This document shows positions 8,193 to 16,984 of a stretch of DNA of 27,944 nucleotides, in pieces (the stretch's first letter is position 1; each line of letters opens with the position of its first letter). The DNA is taken from the NCBI GenBank assembly GCA_964406905.1, contig CAYOTU010000002.1, forward strand, positions 1 through 27,944. The letters run 5' to 3'. Under the pieces are notes generated by a model. That model had not been told where the DNA came from. It ran no database searches and was given only the letters and a program-made list of their open reading frames with translations. Source of the DNA: an uncultured Myxococcales bacterium (GTDB lineage Bacteria > Myxococcota_A > UBA9042 > CAIXZC01). The position numbers and the translations under genes are program-made.

Positions 8193-10139
8193 CTACGGAA
8201 GACAGGTCTCGCAACCATCGGGGGGCAAGAAGGTCTGGATCTGGACGGTGAAGACACAGACCGCCTGCCAGTCCTCATCCGGATCCTGGCACGCGGTGAT
8301 GGTGTTGCCTGAGAGGTCCAGGACCTGTAAGGGGATGGTTTTCTCAATCAGCGACGTGAGGTTCACGAGACCGCCCGTGATAAGGTTGTTTGGCAGATAG
8401 AGTTTCTTCAGAGGGGCCCAGATGGTCTCGGAGGTGTTGGAGAACTGGGCGATGTTCTCACCGGTTAGTCCGTTGGACGCGAGGTGCAGCTCCTCCAACG
8501 CCATGAGGGCCGCATCGGGGAGCCAGAAGTCGGCCAACTTCGTCGCTGGTGTATCGTTGAAGATAATGTTCGCGTCGAGGATCTCGAGGGTCAGGCCCAC
8601 CTGCGCCAGGGGATAGAGCGGGGATCCGCCGTTGCCGAAGACGAACGGATTCGTCGAGATCACCAGCCGCCTGATCGGCGGGGTAAGCCCGAGCACTCCC
8701 CACTCGTACATGAAGGCGAGGTCAGCGAGCTCCGTCATCTCGAGGTTCAGGTCCTCAAGCACAGTGAAGTAACCGATCAGCACATGGGTCAGCAGTGGAT
8801 TCCAGGAGATATCCAGTTCCACGAGTGGCGGCACGATCGGCCAGGTTTCGATGTCCGCCGGGAGGTCCGCTATGTCGTTCCCCGAGACCCCCAGTACCGT
8901 GAGGTTGCTGAGGCTCTGGATGGGTGCGAGATCCGTCAACTGGTTGTCCGCCGCCTCCACCACCTGGAGTTCGAACATGGTCTCGAGGCCGTCAAAGGAG
9001 CCGAGTCGATTGTGATAGATGATGAGCTTGTTTCGCCAGTCCTGGAAGTAGTCAACGAGCGCGTCGGGGATGGGGGCCGCGACCTGCGCGAAGTAGCCCT
9101 CCAGGCCAGCGAGGGTCTCGATGCCTGTTGTCAGGTCGCCATCCGTGGTCCGATTCTCTTCTGCCTGGAGGATCACCAGCTTGTCCTTGAACGCTGTATC
9201 CGCCAGGGGTAAGAGGTCGCTGATTTTGTTGTCGGAGATGTCCAGGACATTAAGCGATTCATAGGCCTGTAGATTCGGCAGCCCCATGAGGTTATTGGAC
9301 GAGAGGCCAAGGGCCAGGAGTCCCTGCTTAAAGGCCGCGCCCGCCAGAGTCCCCGCCTCCTCGTCCGTGAGGCCATTCCCATCGAGCCCCAGGAGGAGCA
9401 GGTTTGGGAGGCCCAGGAGGGGCCCGATGCTCGCAATCCGGTTGTTCCTGATGTCGAGGTGGGTCATGGCCCCCAGGCTAGCGAGCGGGGAGATGTCCAT
9501 GTTGAAGCCCAACGGCTGGGCGTCCCCGTTTCCTGCCATCCACAGGACCTCGAGGTCGACCAGGCACTCGAGGCCCGTGAGATCTCCGATGGGGCCCTCC
9601 GTTACCTTGTGGTTAGCGTCCAGGACCGTCAGGCCCTCCACGTCGTTGTAGGTGAACACGGTCTTATCCGTGGTCCCCAGCGCGGCGTTGACCTTGATCT
9701 CAAGGACCGCGTCTGGGAAGGTCACCGCGAAGACGCCGCTGTCGTCGACGCAGTCGCTCGGGACACAGTCCCCGATGGCGGGCTCGCAGACCCACCCGGG
9801 ATCGCAGTTCCCAGGGCAGAAGCCGTCGCAGCCGTCGGGCTCGCCGCAGCCCTTGCCATCGCAGTCGGGTTGACAGACCTCCGGTGTGTCCTCCGGTGTG
9901 TCCTCCGGTGTGTCCTCCGGTGTGTCCCCGGCAGGCGTGTCCACAGCAGTGTCCGCGGTGGCGATGTCGCTTTTCGTCTCCCCGGTGATCGTGTCTCCCG
10001 GGTTCGGTGTGCCGCAGATGTCATCGGTCGGGAGATTCAGGGGTGTCTGCTCGATGCAGCCGCTCCAGACAATTCCCACCAGGAGAACCGCTCCGAGGAG
10101 CGCTACGGACAGGAACCTTGTCATGTCGTGCGCTCTCAT
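8193..10139 (-). CDS. Leucine-rich-repeat (internalin-like) lipoprotein with acidic linker and Cys-rich module
   Basis: Signal peptide ending WSGC; DTPE repeats; CQPDCDGKGCGEPDGCDGFC module; FPDAVLE cap followed by many LxxLxLxxNxIxDL repeats. Start could be 10139 or 10124. Confidence 0.88.
   Translation of the reverse strand: MRAHDMTRFLSVALLGAVLLVGIVWSGCIEQTPLNLPTDDICGTPNPGDTITGETKSDIATADTAVDTPAGDTPEDTPEDTPEDTPEVCQPDCDGKGCGEPDGCDGFCPGNCDPGWVCEPAIGDCVPSDCVDDSGVFAVTFPDAVLEIKVNAALGTTDKTVFTYNDVEGLTVLDANHKVTEGPIGDLTGLECLVDLEVLWMAGNGDAQPLGFNMDISPLASLGAMTHLDIRNNRIASIGPLLGLPNLLLLGLDGNGLTDEEAGTLAGAAFKQGLLALGLSSNNLMGLPNLQAYESLNVLDISDNKISDLLPLADTAFKDKLVILQAEENRTTDGDLTTGIETLAGLEGYFAQVAAPIPDALVDYFQDWRNKLIIYHNRLGSFDGLETMFELQVVEAADNQLTDLAPIQSLSNLTVLGVSGNDIADLPADIETWPIVPPLVELDISWNPLLTHVLIGYFTVLEDLNLEMTELADLAFMYEWGVLGLTPPIRRLVISTNPFVFGNGGSPLYPLAQVGLTLEILDANIIFNDTPATKLADFWLPDAALMALEELHLASNGLTGENIAQFSNTSETIWAPLKKLYLPNNLITGGLVNLTSLIEKTIPLQVLDLSGNTITACQDPDEDWQAVCVFTVQIQTFLPPDGCETCLP
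9879..9926 (-). repeat. 12-bp perfect tandem repeat (DTPE x4)
   Basis: CTCCGGTGTGTC x4 on the plus strand, in frame within the LRR gene linker. Confidence 0.95.
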
Positions 10140-10141
10140 AG

Positions 10142-11323
10142 TCAGAAGCTCCAGTCCAGGGTGAGGCCCCCTCCATGGGGCATGGGGATCGGCGCCACTG
10201 TCACCGGCAGGACATCCGCGGCGGGCTGATCGACGAGCAGCCAGACCAAGCCACCCACCGCAGCGACCGCACCGACGCCGGTCATCACCCAGCCCGTGAT
10301 GACCATGGGTTGGATGGTGCTGTTGTAGTCGTCGTCATAGCCGGCCTGCGCGTCCTCCTGGGCCATCTCCATCGCGTCATCGCAGCCGAAGCCGTACTCC
10401 GTGGTCTTGAGCTCCACCAGGTCCAGGTACTTCTGCTTGGCGTCGATGCGGGCCTGATCCCGTTTGGACGCGGCCATCATGAGGACCGAACTTCCCGCAC
10501 CGGCCATCAGGATGCCTCCGCCGAGCGCTGCCCACTTCCAGGCCATGTTCACCGGGGGCCGCAGGTGTTTGATCCCCGGGCCGGACAGGGGATCGGGCTG
10601 CACAGGATCTGGCAGCCCAGGACCGGGCAAGGCCGGTGGCTCGATGGTTTTCCCCATCTCTTCCAGGACCGAGGCCGAGGCCGCGGTCGCAGGAGCCGTG
10701 GCCGGGGCGCTTCCTCCGGCGACGGCCTTCCCCGCACTGACGAGTTGGAAGGCTGGTCCGCCCTCCGCACCATAGGCGACGAGACCGTTGGCCACGGTCA
10801 AGGCGTGGGTGTTGTTTTCTGCCTCGGTGCGGAACAGGGTGCCGCGCACAGCGACGGGGATTAGCTCCTCCTCCGGGCCCATGAGCACGTCCAGCATGAT
10901 TCGGAACACCCCCTCCTCGACGGGCTCCACCTGCCATGTCACCCGGCCCCCCGCTTGGATGAAGGGCTTGTCAGCGCCTGGGTCGCCCACGTTAAGGGTC
11001 AGGGGATCTTCCTCGGTGCATGCAGGGCATTCGAGGAAGAAGCGGTTTCCCGCGGAGTCGTCCACGTAGACGGTGACGATCGGATAAAGGATCTGCAGGA
11101 CCCCACCCGGTTTGAGGCGTGCGCCTTGCTCAAGGTCTTGTTCCTGGCCTGGGGACGGGAACCAGACCGCCGCGTCCGTGCGAGCTGTTCGTTCCCCGCG
11201 GACCAGGATCAGTCTAACCGTAACCGTGTACCCGTCGTCCGCTACAGCAGGCCCCGGTGCGAAGAACAGCGCGACCAGGAGCGGCACCAGCAGGCATCGG
11301 ATTGGTCCACGTCCAGAGTTCAT
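10142..11323 (-). CDS. Exported protein with a FecR-like domain and C-terminal hydrophobic segments
   Basis: Signal peptide ending AVA-DD; FecR-like VAVRGTLFRTEAE...LTVANGLVAY; Pro-rich linker; two Gly-rich hydrophobic segments; ends GGGLTLDWSF. Confidence 0.7.
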   Translation of the reverse strand: MNSGRGPIRCLLVPLLVALFFAPGPAVADDGYTVTVRLILVRGERTARTDAAVWFPSPGQEQDLEQGARLKPGGVLQILYPIVTVYVDDSAGNRFFLECPACTEEDPLTLNVGDPGADKPFIQAGGRVTWQVEPVEEGVFRIMLDVLMGPEEELIPVAVRGTLFRTEAENNTHALTVANGLVAYGAEGGPAFQLVSAGKAVAGGSAPATAPATAASASVLEEMGKTIEPPALPGPGLPDPVQPDPLSGPGIKHLRPPVNMAWKWAALGGGILMAGAGSSVLMMAASKRDQARIDAKQKYLDLVELKTTEYGFGCDDAMEMAQEDAQAGYDDDYNSTIQPMVITGWVMTGVGAVAAVGGLVWLLVDQPAADVLPVTVAPIPMPHGGGLTLDWSF

Positions 11324-11334
11324 GACCCCTCACC

Positions 11335-14049
11335 TCACACGTCCCGGTGTGCCTCAAGCCAGAGGCTGAGAAGCCGGGAGTAGTCGAGGACCATGTGGGA
11401 GAGGCGGCCTTGCAACGCGATCCAATTGACCGCGGTGAGGTGCTCCCGTCGGCCCGAAAAACTCTTGAGAAGTATACTTGATACCGCTGTCCCCTCCCTA
11501 GAGCTTTTTTCATCTGCGCGGTAGAGATCAAGAAGACGCCGCACCACCACGCCTGGGAACGCTACGGTCATCAACGAGAGGTCCCCCGGTGGAATGCCTG
11601 GGTTCACGGGTGCGACCCGGAGCCAACCGTTTTCCTGGAAGAACGCGGAGTCCACGCGGCGGTAGATGAACCCCCCGGTGTCCGGCCCGTTGAGCAGCGC
11701 GTCCAGGTGACGCAGGTAGAGCAGGCCCGATGCCTCGTCGGTCACGGTGCCCGAGAGAACTCGCCAGGTCTCAGCGGAGAATTGCGAGGGCAGGATCGTG
11801 GCGCCTCCGCCCCGAGCAATGTCAAGGCATCGCCCGAAGGAGCGCACGATGGCCAGGGCCCGGCGACGGACTCGCAGGGACGGAATCATAAACAGAAAAC
11901 CGGCAGCGAGTCCTGCGAGGAGAGAGCCCCCGAGGGGGAAGGAAACAGGCAGGATCAGCCCGACGACGCCGGTTACGCCGACCAGACAGAGGGAGAGAAT
12001 CCATGCGAAGGGCCAGCGAAGCCGCCGAAGGAGGAGCAGCGGGAGCAGACCCAGGAGGGTGAAGATGAGGTAGGATAAGAGTGCGCCGGGGCGGATCCAA
12101 TCCGCTCGGATGTCCACCTGGTTGAACGCTGAGGCCAGGAGCATCACGCCATGGACCGTGCCCGCTGAGGTGGGCTCGAGGGAGGGGATCAGGGGGACGT
12201 CCACCTCGTCCGTGGCCGGCCCGAAATGTCCCAGGAACACCACGCGTCCCTGTACCGTGTCCGAGAGGTCTTCGATGCCCCAGGCCAGGACGTCGGAGAC
12301 CCGGATCGTCCGGATAGCCTCCACGCCGTAGCGCAGGAGCCACCGCCCCCCGGGGTCCTTGAGCCGTGCCTCGCAGCGTTCCACGTCCGCCGCGTCCGGG
12401 ACGTCCCGGCCCGCACCTTCGCGATCCAGGCAGTAGGCCCGCAGGAAGATCGACGGTACCAGGCTGCCGTCGGCCAGTTCCCGGTCCGAGAGGAGCGCGT
12501 TGATGGTGCCGTCGAAGCCGCTACGCACCGCGTAGGTGTTGCCGACCCAGGCCCCGGCGTCCACGAGTACGGGGGGCGCCGGACGGTCCAGGGTGCCCAC
12601 TACTACCCGGGTTCCCCGAGATACGGCGCGGGCGATTGACTCGGCCAGGACAGCGGTCTCCTCGGGGTAGTTGCGGCCGTAGTATTTGTCGAAGACCACC
12701 ACGGATGCGCCTGCCTCGGAGAGGCGATCGAGGAATCGTGCATCCAGGAGCCGCCAGGTCTCTGCGCCCTCGCCCGGCACGGGCTCCCCCGACGCGCGGA
12801 GGGTCTTCTCGTCCCGGTCCAGGTCGGTCTTGACCACCACGGCCCGGCCGCCTCCGGGCGCGAGATGGATCCGTTGGCGCAAGGTCTCGGCCTGGAGGTC
12901 GAGCCATCGGGCCGGAGCGAGGTGGGGCAGTCCCCAGGCCGCTGCCAAGGCCAGGAAGGTGGCGGCCAGGTAGACTCCCCCCACCAGCCACCAGGCTCGG
13001 CGAGGGGTGCCCACCACGATCGAATTTTCCAACTCTGTGAGTGCACGCCGCGTGGCTGCTGCCAAGGTGTCCACCGCGTCGTGGTGGGTATGCGCTGGCT
13101 CGGTGGGGATCGCGTCGACCAGGGCTCCGGGTTCTATGGCGGCGGTCTCTGCGTATCCGGAGACCGCCGCGTTTTTTTGCGCTGCGGTCTGGTCCGGCGC
13201 CAGGGCCTCGAGGGCCTCGCGTAGCTCGGTGATGGTCTGGAATCGGGCGTCGGGCTCCTTCTCCAGGATACGGTCCAATATGTCCTGGAGGCCCTGCGGG
13301 ATCGCCGCTGAGGAGCGGGCAGCGTTCACCGGGATCGCCCGGTCATAGAGGTGCATCTGCTTGATCTCTGCGATGCTGCGGGCAAAGAACGTTGGTTTCC
13401 CGGTCATCATCTCGCGGATCACGAGGCCAAGGGAGTAGATGTCCGAGCGCGTATCCGCACGCTCCCCACGGTGTTGTTCGGGGCTCATGTAGACGGGGGT
13501 GCCGAGGACCTCCCCGGCCTGGGTGAGGCCCCCGCCCGTGCCCATGGAGTCGATACGCGCTATGCCGAAGTCGAGGACCTTGAGGACCTCCACCCCGTCC
13601 TCATTCCGTGTGATGAAGAAGTTCGACGGCTTGATGTCTCGATGGAGGATCCCCTTGCCGTGGGCCTCTTCCAGGGAGAGGCAGGCATGGCGGGCGAAGC
13701 GCACTGCGCGGGGCCAGTCCATGGGCCCGTGCTTTTTGAGGACTTCCCGCAGGGAGGACCCCTCGAGATACTCCATCGCTATGTGGAGTTGGCCATCTTC
13801 AGTGGCGCTACAGTCGTAGAGGGTGACCGTGTAGGGACTCTTGAGCTTTGCCACGGCCATGGCCTCGACCAGAAAACGGCGCCGAATATCCCCATCACTG
13901 GCCAGGTCACGGTGGATTACCTTGAGCGCTTCCTCGCGGCCTGTATACCGGTGGGTCACACGGTACACGACTCCCATGCCACCCTGGGCGATCCTCCTGA
14001 TCACCTGGTAGCGGCCGTCGATAATGCGTCCGGTAAGATCTTCGCTCAT
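11335..14049 (-). CDS. Membrane Ser/Thr (Hanks) kinase with CHASE2 sensor and an unassigned C-terminal domain
   Basis: Kinase motifs intact: IAQGGMGVVY, ALK, HRDIKPSN, DFG, GTPVYMSPE, DIYSLG. One TM, then CHASE2 motifs (LDRLSEAGASVVVFD, QGRVVFLG, HGVMLLASAFNQ), three TMs, and a tail of about 170 aa. Confidence 0.9.
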   Translation of the reverse strand: MSEDLTGRIIDGRYQVIRRIAQGGMGVVYRVTHRYTGREEALKVIHRDLASDGDIRRRFLVEAMAVAKLKSPYTVTLYDCSATEDGQLHIAMEYLEGSSLREVLKKHGPMDWPRAVRFARHACLSLEEAHGKGILHRDIKPSNFFITRNEDGVEVLKVLDFGIARIDSMGTGGGLTQAGEVLGTPVYMSPEQHRGERADTRSDIYSLGLVIREMMTGKPTFFARSIAEIKQMHLYDRAIPVNAARSSAAIPQGLQDILDRILEKEPDARFQTITELREALEALAPDQTAAQKNAAVSGYAETAAIEPGALVDAIPTEPAHTHHDAVDTLAAATRRALTELENSIVVGTPRRAWWLVGGVYLAATFLALAAAWGLPHLAPARWLDLQAETLRQRIHLAPGGGRAVVVKTDLDRDEKTLRASGEPVPGEGAETWRLLDARFLDRLSEAGASVVVFDKYYGRNYPEETAVLAESIARAVSRGTRVVVGTLDRPAPPVLVDAGAWVGNTYAVRSGFDGTINALLSDRELADGSLVPSIFLRAYCLDREGAGRDVPDAADVERCEARLKDPGGRWLLRYGVEAIRTIRVSDVLAWGIEDLSDTVQGRVVFLGHFGPATDEVDVPLIPSLEPTSAGTVHGVMLLASAFNQVDIRADWIRPGALLSYLIFTLLGLLPLLLLRRLRWPFAWILSLCLVGVTGVVGLILPVSFPLGGSLLAGLAAGFLFMIPSLRVRRRALAIVRSFGRCLDIARGGGATILPSQFSAETWRVLSGTVTDEASGLLYLRHLDALLNGPDTGGFIYRRVDSAFFQENGWLRVAPVNPGIPPGDLSLMTVAFPGVVVRRLLDLYRADEKSSREGTAVSSILLKSFSGRREHLTAVNWIALQGRLSHMVLDYSRLLSLWLEAHRDV

Positions 14050-14109
14050 GGCGGTGTAATGTTACTGGACAAAGGCCTCCGCGCACAGAAAAATGGTGAC
14101 TAAGGGTCG

Positions 14110-14256
14110 GCGCAGAAATAAGTTGTGCGTTTCCGGCGAGGACCGGGCGTCGAGGTCAAGGCGCGGTGACGCAGGCGTACCCGAAGGTACGTCGAGGAGG
14201 CGCAACGCAGAGATCGTCGTTCGAGACCGGCGAAAACGTGCGAGTTATTATTGCGC
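14110..14256. repeat. 147-nt imperfect palindromic element (REP/MITE-like or structured RNA)
   Basis: 14110-14138 pairs with 14228-14256 allowing G-U pairs and a few mismatches; inner hairpin GCGTACC-cgaa-GGTACGT at 14175-14192, flanked by CAAGGCG (14157) and CAACGC (14203). Confidence 0.65.
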
Positions 14257-14274
14257 AGGCCCTCAGGAGGTTTG

Positions 14275-15219
14275 ATGGACAGAACCGTCGATACAGGCAC
14301 CGGCGCAGCAGCGGCGCAGGCCAGCGCGGTGACCGTGTACTACAGCGACTTCAAGGCCCTGGACGCTGTTTCCTGCGGTTTTGAGAGCGCTACGGTGACG
14401 GGCCTCCTGGGGCCAAATGGCGCAGGCAAATCCACCCTGATCAAGACCCTCCTCGGCTTCCTACCGCCCTCAGAGGGGGGCTGCACGGTCCTGGGGGACG
14501 ACCCTCAGCGTGTGCCGCTGGACGTGAGGCGCAGGGTGGGCTACATGCCCGAGCACGACGCGGCCATGCCTGGACGGATCGGCCTCGAGTCCGTGGTCCT
14601 GGCCGGTCGCCTGGCGGGTATGCCCCGGGAGGCTGCGTTCAGTCGGGCTTACGAGGTCCTGGATTACCTCGGGATGGACGAGGTGCGGCACCGGCCCGTG
14701 GCCGATTATTCCGTGGGCCTCAAGCAAAAGATCAAGCTGGGGCAGGCAGTAGTCCATGGCCCGGCGCTCCTCCTGCTGGACGAACCCCTGAGCGGTCTCG
14801 ACCCGAACAGCAGGGACGAGATGCTCGCGCTCCTGAAGGGGATCGGCGCGTCGGGGGTGGCCATGGTGATCTCCTCCCACGTGCTCAAGGACCTGGAGGC
14901 GCTCTGCGATCGGGTCCTGGTCCTGGACCAGGGCCGTGTCCTCTACGAGGGCCGCGTGGATGGTTTGCGGAGGCAGGAAGAGGGGAGATACCGTCTGCGG
15001 ATCAAGGGGGACTGGGAAGCGTTCTCGGGTGCGCTGCGTAGCGCAGGCGCAGTCGTGGAGGGTGCTGCCCCTTTCCTTGACGTCCGCCTGTCTTTGGGGA
15101 GCGACGCGGCGTTGATCTGGGCCGCTGCCCGGGATACGGGCTGCCAGATACGGGAGCTGCGCCTCGCAGCGGACTCCCTGGAGGACGCGTTCCTGCGGCT
15201 TCTCGGGAGGAGCGACTGA
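14275..15219 (+). CDS. ABC-2 type exporter ATP-binding subunit
   Basis: Walker A GPNGAGKST, signature-like YSVGLKQ, Walker B LLLLDEP, H-loop SSH; ATG at 14275 with AGGAGG RBS. Confidence 0.93.
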   Translation: MDRTVDTGTGAAAAQASAVTVYYSDFKALDAVSCGFESATVTGLLGPNGAGKSTLIKTLLGFLPPSEGGCTVLGDDPQRVPLDVRRRVGYMPEHDAAMPGRIGLESVVLAGRLAGMPREAAFSRAYEVLDYLGMDEVRHRPVADYSVGLKQKIKLGQAVVHGPALLLLDEPLSGLDPNSRDEMLALLKGIGASGVAMVISSHVLKDLEALCDRVLVLDQGRVLYEGRVDGLRRQEEGRYRLRIKGDWEAFSGALRSAGAVVEGAAPFLDVRLSLGSDAALIWAAARDTGCQIRELRLAADSLEDAFLRLLGRSD

Positions 15220-16055
15220 TGGGCATCCATCGCGGGGGATATCGACAGTATGCCGGTGATCTTCTCCCCGGGGGCACCCGGTTCCTCGTGCTGGCGGGAG
15301 CGGAGCTGAGCCGCCTGTGGCGGAAGCGCTCGACCCGCTGGCTGCTGATCATTGGTGCACTTCCGCTGGTGATCATCGTCGCAGCGGAGGTGGGGAAGGG
15401 GGTGATCCGGAACGTAGCGGGGAGCCTGCCGATCCAGATCGAGCTGATGGACAAGCTGTTCAACGCGGAGCAGGTACTCCTGGCGATACTGGCTGCGGCC
15501 GCAGGTGCGGGCCTGATCGCGGACGATCGGGGCAGCAACGCGCTGGTCCTCTACCTCTCCCGACCCCTGACGCCGAATCGTTATCTGGCAGCGAAGGGCC
15601 TCGCTCTCGGGGGGATCCTGTCCATGATCTACCTAGCCCCTGCGTGGATCCTGCTGCTGGTCTCGGAGCTGATCGCGCCGGAGATGGACTGGGCAGGCTT
15701 CGTTTTGCGTGGCGTCCAGGCGACCGCTGTAGCGGCGCTCCATATCGGGTTTACGACCGCTGTGGTTCTGTTCCTGTCGTCCCTGGCGACGCGGGCGCGC
15801 TACGTGGGGCTGGGCTGGGTAGCGTTCTTCTTCTTCTCTGATGCGCTCTCCTCGGGCCTGAGCAGGACCCCGGGAGTCGGAACCTGGGTCCGCTATCTGT
15901 CGGTGAAGGACCTCTTCGAAGACAGCGCTGCCTGGATCATGGGTAAAGGGGATCAGGCCGGCGCGGCCGGAGCCCTTCTGGGTCTTGGCCTGGCCGCGGT
16001 GATAGCGCTCTTGGTCAGGATGCGGCGCCTCCAGGCAGCGGCGGTGAGCGGATGA
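15219..16055 (+). CDS. ABC-2 type exporter permease
   Basis: About 6 TM segments; LIADDR..NALVLYLSRPL...YLAAK motif; TGATG overlap with the upstream ATPase. Confidence 0.88.
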   Translation: MGIHRGGYRQYAGDLLPGGTRFLVLAGAELSRLWRKRSTRWLLIIGALPLVIIVAAEVGKGVIRNVAGSLPIQIELMDKLFNAEQVLLAILAAAAGAGLIADDRGSNALVLYLSRPLTPNRYLAAKGLALGGILSMIYLAPAWILLLVSELIAPEMDWAGFVLRGVQATAVAALHIGFTTAVVLFLSSLATRARYVGLGWVAFFFFSDALSSGLSRTPGVGTWVRYLSVKDLFEDSAAWIMGKGDQAGAAGALLGLGLAAVIALLVRMRRLQAAAVSG

Positions 16056-16984
16056 GCGGGCCGGTGATAAAGCTGGATCGGGTCACCAAGCGCTACGGCG
16101 CTGTCCTGGGCCTCAACGACGTGAGCCTGGAGGTCGCCCCGGGAATCACGGGGCTTATCGGCCCCAACGGAGCGGGGAAGACTACCTTCCTGCGCCTGGT
16201 GACCGGGATGCTGCGCGCGTCGAGCGGCGCGGCCCAGGTCCTTGGCGGTGACGTGTGGACAGATGTATCGGTCCGGGGCCACATGGGATACTGTCCCGAC
16301 AGCGAGCGGGTCTGGGACTGGATGGATGGTCTGACCTTCGTCAGCACCCTGGGCGTCTTGTCGGGCCTGTCCAAGGCCGAGGCCAGGGCCAGGGCGCAGC
16401 AGCGCTTGGAAGAGCTGGAGCTGTCCGATGCAGCGACGAAACCCATCTCCCAGTACAGCCGGGGGATGCGCCAGAAGGCGAAGCTGGCCCAGGCGGTTCT
16501 CCATGATCCGGAGCTCCTGATCCTGGACGAGCCCTTGAACGGCGTGGACCCGCTGAGTCGCCACCAGATCCTGAACATGCTGCGCCGCCGCGTAGCGGCC
16601 GGCACGTCGGTGGTGATCTCCAGCCACGTTCTCCACGAACTCGACGGCTTCGTGGATCGTGTGGTCCTGCTCCAACGGGGCCGGCTCCTGGCCGAGGGCG
16701 CGATCGCGGAGATTCGGGAGCTGCTGGACGAGCACCCCCATTCAGTTCGCCTGCACGCTGATGACACGAGATCCCTGGCCCGGTCTCTTCTGGGGATCCC
16801 CGGGGTGGTGAGCGCTGACCTGTCCCGGGAGGGCCAGCTCGACGTGCGGACGCGAGACCCGGCGGCCCTCTACGAGGCCCTCCCCGCGATAGCGGCCGGA
16901 GATGCCGCTGTACGGGACTTGGTTCCACTGGACGCGGACCTGGAGTCAGTGTTCCGCTACCTGGTGAAGGGAGGCGGCGGATGA
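16052..16984 (+). CDS. ABC-2 type exporter ATP-binding subunit
   Basis: GPNGAGKTT, YSRGMRQ, LLILDEP, SSH; ATGA overlap. Confidence 0.93.
   Translation: MSGPVIKLDRVTKRYGAVLGLNDVSLEVAPGITGLIGPNGAGKTTFLRLVTGMLRASSGAAQVLGGDVWTDVSVRGHMGYCPDSERVWDWMDGLTFVSTLGVLSGLSKAEARARAQQRLEELELSDAATKPISQYSRGMRQKAKLAQAVLHDPELLILDEPLNGVDPLSRHQILNMLRRRVAAGTSVVISSHVLHELDGFVDRVVLLQRGRLLAEGAIAEIRELLDEHPHSVRLHADDTRSLARSLLGIPGVVSADLSREGQLDVRTRDPAALYEALPAIAAGDAAVRDLVPLDADLESVFRYLVKGGGG

Noticed and set aside
14110-14256. Riboswitch, 6S RNA or tRNA interpretation of the palindromic element
   Set aside because: By eye it lacks the c-di-GMP, cobalamin and SAM riboswitch cores, a cloverleaf, and the 6S central bubble; an Rfam scan is still needed.
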